From NCBI RefSeq assembly GCF_025526975.1, contig NW_026515669.1, forward strand, positions 1,984,001 to 2,048,000: a stretch of DNA of 64,000 bases, given 5' to 3'. The stretch is from Fimicolochytrium jonesii (Eukaryota). Shown piece after piece: positions 54,009 to 64,000 of the stretch. A model generated the notes under the pieces. That model was not told the DNA's origin. It searched no databases and saw only the letters and a program-made list of their open reading frames with translations. Made by a program: the position numbers and the translations under genes. Numbering within the stretch: position 1 is the stretch's first letter; every line of letters begins with the position of its first letter.

Positions 54009-56108
54009 TTATCTGCAAACGCCGTACGGATCTTGACCAACGTCGGTCCCGTCTCGAGCTTCATCGTTTTGCCCATTTTTCAAGTCTTCCTCTGCCCAGG
54101 CCACCCCGTACTTCGCCAGAAGCTGCAGCGAAGGTCCAAAGTCTTGGAACTGCTCCCTACACTCAGGCTCAATGAGTCTCGGATCATATCCTGCTTTCAA
54201 GAGCCATTCCACCGACGTAAGCAGCCGTAGGAGTTCCCAATCATCCCCGGCGTCCGCAGCTTCCTCATATGTGCTCATCCAATCGCTGAAAGGCACCGTG
54301 TACTCCCGCAAGCTCTCCCCCGCTTCCAGGAGGGCTGGGAGAAGGTTCTTCAAGTGCCGCTTGTCCAGGTATCGAGAAAAAAGCATTTTCCTCAGATGAA
54401 GACCGGTTGTGGACGTTATCGCAAGATCAGCCCTGCTCGTTTCGGCTAGCAAGCGATGTACCGCCTTGTTGACCTCTAATCTGTCACCTCCGCGCCCACC
54501 TCTTCGTCCCTTATCATCTTCGTCAAATGTCTCACTATCATCTTCGGTGGTAACATTATCCCATCTGAATGATACATAAGGGTCTGCGCACAGGCGGATC
54601 AACTCACGGAGAGTTATGCGTGCGGCCTCAGAGACCACTTCTCCATCCCAGATAGGCAGGGTCAGCTCCTGAATGGCATCGATGGGTTCGGGCATGTGCA
54701 GCATTGCGAAAAATAGAAACGAGGCAAGAAACATGTTGACGTGTGCGTCGATGTCTGCTGGTCGTTTACGTAGCGCAAGCTGAAAGATCTCGAGGGTGAA
54801 CGGTACGAATGGCGCGCATCCATACTGTCGGGTTGATCCCCCATTCAGCAGGCAATCCAGTGTCGGGCAGTATGTACCCCTTTCGTCATCCAATTGTTGC
54901 ATATCCAGCAGCGCCGAAAAAAGGTCCTTGAACTCCGCAAGACGTGAGTCGTTGTCGCAATATGGCACAAGGCGTGTGCAATCCTTCACGGCACGATTGG
55001 CCAGATAAGACAGCTCGCGGCAACCCTGCGCTGCTTCAACAATCACTCCTAACCTTTTGGAGAGGAAATTTGCGTCAAGTGTTGGCAAGTGCCGTTGCAG
55101 CAGCTGCAGGGATCGTATGTCGCCATTCCGACAGATGTCTCTAACCGGTTGGTATAACGAGAAGCTCTCGCCCTGTGCACGTGAGTGATCAAGGTACAAA
55201 GCCAACATATCCACAGGGGGCTGCTGCGCGTGGTGATAGTAAGTGGTAACCAATCTAACCTCGATCGACGGATACCAGAGGATGGGGTCAAGCTTCTTTC
55301 CGGTTTCCAGTATGTGCCGTACGAGTGAGACATGCCTTCGCACAACGGCGGCGTCACGGAAAGGTGTAAAGGAATGAAGGACGCCGTCCGGGGCTTCGAA
55401 TTTCCCCGGCGTTCCTCCGGTGGCAGCAACGATTCGGCGGCAGAGATTATGGTCCAGCAGAAACATATCTGCCAGTTTTGGGAGCCCATACCTGAATTTC
55501 GCGAAAGGAGGAGAAAAGTCAGAATGTATGTGGGTTCGTAACCAAGATTAGGCTGGCAGGTTCAGAGACACATACCAAAACGCTTGCCGTGCGATGGCAA
55601 GAAAGATGTTACATTGAGTTGCGGTTAGGAACTCCGTCGGGGAAAAGGTCAATTTGGACTTTTCACGTTCCAGCAAAATCTGCAATACAGCTTCGCTTCT
55701 CGCGATTGCGGGCGGGAGGTTGAGCCGTAGGTTGTGTGGGTATGTGCTAAGGAAGGCATCAGTGTAGTATCCAGAGGGATCATACTCAGGATGAGTGCGG
55801 GGGAGATCGCAAGGCCTGACGTTTGCATTGCAGCTGAAGTCATTCTGATCGTACAGCGGATGGTCTGGCGGGAGATCGCGGCGCTTGGTTTTGAAGTGTT
55901 GAGCAACGTAATGGGTGAGACTACCCCTGTGCCGCAACCAGCGAAGGCGGAAGCTGGTATCTGCGGTAAGGTCTTTGAAGGGCCGACAAGCAGCAGTAAT
56001 GCTTGCGATGGCGGGCGAGTCCAACCAGACCAAAACTTCTCCGAGCAGCTGCGGTTGCAGCAGCTTTAGCAGGAGCGAGAACGGAGGAGATGGTGCGCAC
56101 GTCGCCAT
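54009..56108 (-). CDS. F-box-like protein with a helical (possibly degenerate ankyrin-like) C-terminal region
   Basis: The N-terminal LLKLLQPQLLGEVLVWLDSPAIASITAACRPFKDL resembles an F-box. One intron (~55493-55575) joins it to the 485-aa ORF. Confidence 0.62.
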
Positions 56109-56504
56109 CGCAAACGGTGGGGGGGGGGTGACTGAATGCAAACCGGAAAGCGTCCTACGAGAGTTGCCCTCCAAACTCTCGTTCGTTCTTTCTCGTTGCG
56201 GAAGTTGCCGTGAGGTTTGTTCCAGCTGTTGGCGTAAAGCAGCGCCCCCCCCGTCAGAGCTTGGCCGGCCCCTCGAGACGCGGCTTGTCCAACTTGTCCG
56301 CCACTGATTTCCGTGGGGGTGGGCGCTGCGTGCAGTTCGCGCAGTATCGTCTCGACGCGTTCAACGAGAGACGCGTCCGAGTCCGGCGGGGCTTTCGGGA
56401 CAACGCGTCCCTCCCTCGCATCGCATCTCTTCACCTGAACGGTTCGTTTCTTTTGTTGGCAGGCAGGGAACGCTCGGTCTGATCTAGCTGCTATATACTC
56501 TACA

Positions 56505-59500
56505 ATGCTTCGGAAAACGAAGTGGGCGTTGTGCCTTGTCGCATGCCTGCTAATTGCGAATGTCTACGGTATGTTGGTTGCTTTTCCTGAGGACGCGCTT
56601 CCTTTAACTCATATTCTTCCTGTCTCAGCCGGTGGCGGGGAAAGCTGCCCAGATGGCACGACACAGTACGGCGACAAGTGCTGTGAAAATGGCAAGTGCT
56701 GTCACGCTTCGGTGAACTCCAAACGGGTTAGTTAATTCGGCTTCTGATACGTGACCGTGAGGACGCTTTCCATACGAAAGCCTTGCTAAGACGGAACCCT
56801 GATCAATTTCCGTTAGTGTTCGGCGATATGTTGTGAAAGTGGTGTCATTGTTACCAACGTTAACCTCGATACCAATAATCCTAATTGTGCGGGATGGTCA
56901 AACCCCCACGATAATTATGGCACGGAGACCTGCACTTCGCCGGGCTCCACTTTTTGCCAGTATTCGGGCCGGTAAGCCAAGGGCTATCTTGCAGTACACA
57001 ACTTACAGAGCTGCCATACTCACTTCATTCTCGATGCTGTCAGTGAAACCGGCAATTGCAAAGGATCACAGTGCGGAATCGCAGGAACTATCAATTACCG
57101 GGAGACGTGGAAAGATTCGCAGTGCACCTATCACGAGACGAACTCTGACATCTCGTGTAAATCGGTCAACGAGTTGACAGCATCCACTACTACCATCAGT
57201 CCACCAAGAAACCATGAACCGGTTGGACCGGAGGTGCTCGTCGTGAGCGGGTGCTCTGGCGGTGAGTTCTGAGACTGCGGTTCCGTGCGGTTGAACCTTA
57301 TACAGTACATCGCACCCTCGGACCCTAAGGACCTTGGACCTTGTATCTTCCGTCATCAACAGCCGGATGTGCCAACGGACAGTGCAACTGCAACGGTGTA
57401 AACAACTGGAGAGCTGCTGCCACGTGGGGATGTGCCCCGCTTGGAGCGCCCATTGTCAAATACCTCTCGCAGCAGTGGAATTTGCAGAATGTGTGGCAAC
57501 CTGCAGTCACGCTTTCGGTATGTGCAACCCCAATCTGCAGTAGAGGCATCCCCCTGATTCTCAATTTTAACACCGCACCACAGTGGCGTGAGTACCCGCT
57601 GGGTTTTGACGACGTCCAGTATACAAACAACTTAGTCAGACCAAGTAAGGCGGCAACCGCGGCATCTACACGGTATTCGACGATGATGCTCTAATCACGT
57701 CTCTCTTTACTTCCAGACCCATCATCTTCTGCTTGGCCAACAACAACCAGAACGTTCTACATCGTTAATAGTAAGTGAAAGTCCTTGAACCAGTGTCACA
57801 AAGCCCGACTCTGACTCATGTTCTGCGATCGTCACCGCCATCCCTCTCCATACCACTAGATGGAGTATCCTTGAAGCTCGACGAGCAGCCGACGGTCAAG
57901 TGCGACCCCGCGCTCGTAACCGTAACCGAGGCAAACTTCTTCGGCAACATCCTCTTCGGCAACATCCGATACGACAGTTACACGTCAAACCTCCAATGCT
58001 CCATAAGTTACACACCGCCAGCGAATTTATCTACAATTTTCGGAAAAATCAACTTCGGCAGTATCGAGACTTTCACTTTGAAAGCGACGCTGACCTCCGA
58101 AGCTAATGTAAACGGACGAGACGTCGATATGGCCACGTTTTCCTTCGTTTATCCCGCAGCAAAGGCATGGAATCTGGCCTTAGCGGCGGACAAATTCGAC
58201 AGCAATGGCTTTCTATCTAATGTCCGAAACCTGGGATGGCAATCTACACCTCAATTCGAAGATTTCACCGTGACCAAGTTGGAGTTCAGAGTTTCCTGCA
58301 CGATGTACTCAGAACTCTTAGCCAGTCCTGGAGATCTGACCGTCTGGACATATAGTCAGACGATGCCGACCGCCAACGGCTTCGGATTCTACAAAGCCCT
58401 GGATTTTGCGGCGGGTGTCCTTAAACAGTCTGTTTGGGAAGCAACTTGCGATATTCAAGGTCAGGCTTTCAACGGGAACCCAATAGCAACTTTCAGCAAC
58501 CCCAAAACGGTGCGCTTCGGGATTTTGAAAGCGAGACCAGAGGCAATCACAGCTCCTTCGCATGTAAGGTTCAGAGCTCAAAAGCCCTGGCAAGCGTCCT
58601 AGAGGAACATTTACCCATTTTTTGCTAATCCTTTTCATCGTTGTACATAGGCATCGGGCGATTCGAATGCTCCCGTCTTCTGGACTGTTCCGACGAGCCT
58701 GTACACAACTTGGGCGAATTGTTTTAGAGGGAATACAAAAGTTGTGGAAGCTATGAAACAAGCTTATCCTGGCAATACCTTCTGGGCAACGGGTGGCGAT
58801 CACGGAATATTTGGCTACACCTTGACCACGGTGGGAATAGTGCCTCTTCCGCAACTCCAACATGTACGCTGTTTCACTGACACTTGACGATATGCAGATG
58901 CTCGACATCACCAGTAAGGATCAGAGTACTTTGAATACCGCACTCCGCAGCTACTTCCCAGGAGTTCCGGGTCCCGTAAATATCATGATTTGCGTCGAAT
59001 CGTACGCTGGTAACGAGGCACAATTTAAAGAGTCTAAAAATCCACTCATAACCGTAAGTTACATTTCTGACTTGTTTGTCATGAACGCATTCTGACGACC
59101 GATTTCCGCCCGAACATGACTGCAGTCCGCCATGGAAAAATGTCGCCTCAGTTCTGCCCTCTTCAAATGCGTCGACTGTTTTACTTGCAAGCTTAGCGTA
59201 CTGGTCACTGCCAGCGACGCTGTAGGCAACTCGACCTCCAGTGTCTCGCCAGGAGTGGTCAGTACGCAACGCATTTGGGAATGCCAACCTGTCTTTTAAC
59301 CCTGCCCCCTTTAGAAATTGGATCTTACGCCCCCAGTCATTACGGGATTGACGTTTGCGACCGACAAAAAACCATTGGAGGGGACTCTATTTTATGCGCG
59401 GATGACAGATGTCAAACTGAGCACCGCCGTTTATGAGCCGGAAGCGCCACTATCGTCTGTTGTTCTCAACATGGCTGTTGCAGATTTCACACAGTTCACA

Positions 59501-62500
59501 AACAGCGTTCCGAATATCTTTGGCACACTTCCATTCGGAAAAAATGTCAATTATGCGACCGGTGCTCTGGCGGTCGACGCAGCCTCGTGGAATGGCAAGA
59601 GTTTTCACGGACAACCCTATGTCGTTCAAATACAAGCTACATCCGCTGCTGGGCTTGTTAGCTCGCGGAGTTCAACTGTGATCGTCGATGGCACGCCTCC
59701 GTCGTCGGGCTACGTTCGCTTCAATCAGTCCTACTACGATCCCACTGTTACGAGCGCCGTTAGCGCGACATTTGGCGGGATAGCGGACCTGGAGTCGGGA
59801 ATCAAGGAGTTCTACTATCGGTGGGGCTCCGATAATAGCTTTTGCACCGGAGCCGACTTTGCATTGCCTCTGCCGGCAGGAAGCAAGTGGCAGCCATTCT
59901 CACTCCCTGCAGACGCGGACGCCTATGCACCCGACGAGCAGACGGTTCTGCTCAAGCTCGGCAATGTCAATGCTTCGAAAGTCTATTTGGGGATCGCTGG
60001 AGTGAATCGGGCTGCGACGGCTGGTTCCTCCATGTCGCAGAGCGTTTCATTTTCGTGCTCACTGGGACTCGTGGTGGTAAGTGCCACAACGGCTTTTTAG
60101 CAGAGTGTATTGGTCATCTAATGCTCATCGTCATGACCACCGCTCTGATAGGACTCGACAGGCCCTTCCATTGATATTAATTCGATCGAAATCGTTCAGG
60201 CAACTCTGTTCAACAAGAAACAGTATCTGTCCGGCGTCGAAAGAACTGTTACGGCCAAATGGTGTGCCCTCGCTTCGTTGTCAGGTGTCAGCTATTACAA
60301 TGCGTCGCTGTATTTCGATGATAAGCTCGCGGTAGGACCGTCAACCTGGTACACAAACTCGGCCACCTTGAGCTACAAAGAGTCTGGGCCCCTCCCAGCC
60401 AGCACCAAAGTGAAACTTTGCGTCACGGCCATGAGTTACGCGCACAGGGTGGTGGGACCGGTTTGCCAGGATACCTTGATCAACACCGTCGAACCCGACT
60501 TCTCAACCTGCAGCACCGCAGGAATGACATTGCCTACATCGGCAAACAGCATGGCGACGCTTCAATTAGATTGGATGTCGTGTGTGTCAGCCACTTATAT
60601 GGTCGATCACTACGAATACAATATCGTGAAGAACGGTCAAATTGAGTATGGTGGAAAGCGCGGCATTCTCTCTGGAAATACCACCAGTTTGGCGTTGCCC
60701 CTGAACAGTACGGTTGTCATTGGAAAGATTGTGGTGTGCCTAACGCCTGTGGACATGTTTGGCGATTCTCACCAACCATTTTGTACCAATCCGGTCACCA
60801 TTGATTGTGAGTGGTTAACATGCATGTTTGACTTCCATCACAATCATCACTCAACGGCTAACTTATCTCGCATCCGTGGTTAGCAACTGTGCCAATGCCG
60901 ACGGGGGGCGTGCGAAACATTGATCCGGCGACGAAGTTGCCAATTCAAACAACTACAAGTCTGACCGGACTTTCAGTAGGGTAAGTGCATAAGCGCACGC
61001 GTGGTCAAGTTTAATGCTGTTGAGCGGGTTCCCGCTAAAGAATGCGATCGACAGGTGGGACGCCTGGCAGGATGCAGCAACTTTCATCTCGAACTATACT
61101 GTCACAATCACCGCAATGTCCTTGAACAAGACAGAGTCTGTCTTTGCAGGACCCGTCACCCTGTCGACCGTGGACCTGAAGCCGCACGCGGATGGCACGT
61201 TTTCTCATGATTTCTCGGGGTATAGAGTGGTCGTCGGATCGACCTACACCGCCTCGATTTACGCAACAAATGCCGCTGGACTTTCCAGTGGCCCGACCAA
61301 TTCCAGCGGTATCAAGGCCGTCGATCCTGCCCTCTTTCCGGATCCTGTTGTAACAATATTGGACGGGATTGTGCTCCAAACTCAAAGCACGCTTTATCGC
61401 CTGTAAGTGCCATGACAGCACGATGATCAAACCCGTCAACGTCATGCTGAACTCACTACTAATCCTTTCCATTAGCATACCTCAGGGAAAGGATCAGAAG
61501 TTGCACATCACTTGGCAAAAGTTCCGGGGCTTTAGCGGTGCCAATCGCGTTTCCTATGCTGTCCAATTCGTTTCCGAACTCGACAACCAAGCAAGCAATA
61601 TAACCGTCGGAAGCTCCCTCGACGCGCTGGTCGCCATTCCGTCGAATCCAGGAGCGTACCGTGTGTACGTAAACTTGCTTTTGACTGACGGCGCGAACGC
61701 AACTACCATCGCGAAAACTGCTTTGGCGCCGGAGAAGCTTATCATCTCAGAAACGATCGGATTCACACCGGGAGTCGGGGAAAGTTCGTGTGACGTGCAG
61801 TTTGATGTATCTTCCGTGAGCGTTCCTCGGCCTGCGGCAACTTTGCAGGCAAAGTGGCCTAAGTTTGTGGATACCTATGGGCTCATCTCCAACTATCGGC
61901 TTGCCTTCCGCCGTCAAGGCCAAACCTTTCGCACGTCATCCTGGTCCGAGGTTGGATCGAGCTCGCAGTCGTTCGCTGGAAAGGTCGCCTATCCGTATGG
62001 GGTTCCGAATATGCTGACCCCTTGGCAGCTCGAATGCGTGATCGAAGCTGTGGATGTTGCGAATCGGTCTTCATCAATCACAGTGCCTGCGAGGTGGACG
62101 ACTCTCACTACGCCTAAAAACAAGGCTGCTGTGGTCTCGGTCCCCCTCACCAAGTTGAGCCAGACTCCTGCGAATAGCTCGGATTTCGGCTTTCTTGAGG
62201 AAATCACCATGACCGCCGGAGGAGATATGACATTCGCCGCCGCTTTTTTTGGGTTTCCACAACTGCAAAGCTCGGGGACGCAGTTGGCGACCGTTCAGTA
62301 CTCGGTAGGCAATGCGATGTCGAACACTACGGGCATATTTGACAACATCATACCTTTGACCGCACTCGACCTCTCCGGAGCTACCAATCAATCCATGTTG
62401 ATTGAAGGTACTTACGTGCCAGTCCACATGTTTGCAGTTCCCATTACATATCTGGACGCAACGCCTGGTAAGCATTTTATACGGCCAGGGCGCGTATGTG

Positions 62501-64000
62501 GTAGGGCATCAACTCACCCTCTCTTTGCTGTACAGTGTCGGTGTGCGTCAACGTCACAGTGCAGGCAACTTCGGAGTCGGTTTTCACATGCAGTGCCGGA
62601 GTCGCAGCAGATTCAAACCCTCCTGCTGTTGGCACCACGGAGATTTCCCTGGGTGCGCAATACGCAACGACCTCCTCCTCGCTTGTGATAACTTGGGATG
62701 GCTTCACATCCCCAAGTTGGCTGCATCCCAACGGATCGGGGATTGCCTTCTATCAATGGACATTGGGTACATATCCGGGCGGAGACGACATTGTGAGCGC
62801 CACTCGATCCTACCCAAGCGCCGGGAGAGCGCTGGTAACTGGCATTAAGCTACTGAACGGATATAGCTACTTCGCTACTGTAATAGCGACGGCCGACAAC
62901 GGGCTTTCGTCGAACGCAACTTCGGACGAAGTCATCATTGATTACACACCGCCGAGATCTGCATCTGGCATCACCGCGATTCGTCCCATTCAAGTTTCCG
63001 ACAAGGTTTGGAATGTCAGAATTGAGTACGATCACTGGACCGATTTGGAAACCCGCGTTGCAAGCGTCACTTGGGTGATCGAAACACAATATGGATATGG
63101 GGATGTTCTCCCAGCCACGAGGACTGACACGCCGACATCTGCCGAAGCAAAAAATCTGCAGCTCGGCGTCGGTATCACGTACGTCGTCAGAGTCATAGCG
63201 ACCAATACGGCGGGATTGGCGCAGGAGTCTATCCGCTCCTTCACGGTGCCGTATCCCGTCTGGATTCTCTCGCTCGTTGACGGCGCTGCTATAGGTCGAA
63301 GTCTTTACTCGACGAAAGCATACTCCACGGAGAAAAGTATTTACAATCTTTCGTGGAGGTTACTGGGGTCACCTCTCTACGCGGAGTATGCTCTAGGCAC
63401 CAGGCCAATGCAGAACGATATCTATCCTTGGACGAGAGTTACTTCGGAGACTGAAGCTTCAATCATCTTAACGGAACAATTCAATGACGGATTGACATTG
63501 TACGCCTCGATGCGAGCATTTGGAGAAAATGGAATCATCGCCGATGTAATTTCGACGGCTGGTATCACGTTTGACGAAAGCCCGCCTCTGGTGGGTCGAG
63601 TTATCCAAGGTCGTGGGACAGTTCACAAACTGTGGACGATGAGTTCCGCCATTGTGTCCTTCAGCTGGACTGGCTTTTTGGATCGGCACAGTGGTATTGC
63701 CCGGCACCATTATTGCATTGACGCTGACCCGGACCCTAAAAGGTGCGCATCTGAGATGACGGAAATTTATGGCTCCACCGGTGTCTACAGTGCAGGCTTG
63801 GACACTGAGCTTGTTGTGGGCAAGAAGTACTACATCAAGATCCGTGCCACAAACGGTGCCGGCCTGTCTTCCTATGGCATGTCACCACCATTCAAATACG
63901 ATCCATCACCACCGACCCTGGGCCTAGTCACAGTCCATCATCCGTCTTCGGCCGATTTCATCCCGGCTGCTCACGGTGGGGCACTGATCTATCAAGACTG
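56505..64000 (+). CDS. Very large secreted/surface protein with a Cys-rich N-terminus and many FN3/Ig-like repeats; 3' end is outside the window
   Basis: Signal-peptide-like MLRKTKWALCLVACLLIANVY. Recurring D-x-[TS]-PP linkers, W/F-x-G-[FI]-x-D-x-[EH]-SGI and A-T-N-x-A-G-L motifs. The final frame stays open from ~62535 to the window end. Confidence 0.8.

Overview
Intron-rich eukaryotic DNA, most likely from a zoosporic (chytrid-like) fungus: it has fungal-type genes, short GT-AG introns and a Tctex1-family dynein light chain. Positions ~0.5-46.5 kb are a compact block of mostly conserved genes: Argonaute, CAF16-like ABC ATPase, PRELI/Ups1, PIG-U, malate dehydrogenase, MET17, metallophosphoesterase, TRS33, NAD(P)HX dehydratase, Spo7, an RPxTA-motif protein, HECT_2/Ipa1, RSA4, DPS1, TCTEX1D2-like, hemerythrin-like, UBC1, TOM22 and NKAP. 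A ubiquitin-fusion/RING gene in this block has its 3' end amplified as five 259-bp tandem copies. After a repeat- and homopolymer-rich spacer (~46.5-47.9 kb) comes an accessory-looking block with three genes. The first is a multi-exon, probably secreted protein with a CD38/ADP-ribosyl-cyclase-like segment followed by two tandem DNase I/CdtB-like EEP domains. The second is an F-box gene. The third is a very large secreted FN3/Ig-repeat protein that runs off the window. The most notable observations are this candidate toxin/effector island and a malate dehydrogenase whose terminal introns could give cytosolic, peroxisomal (-SHL) and possibly mitochondrial isoforms. All exon structures were read by eye and no database searches were run.
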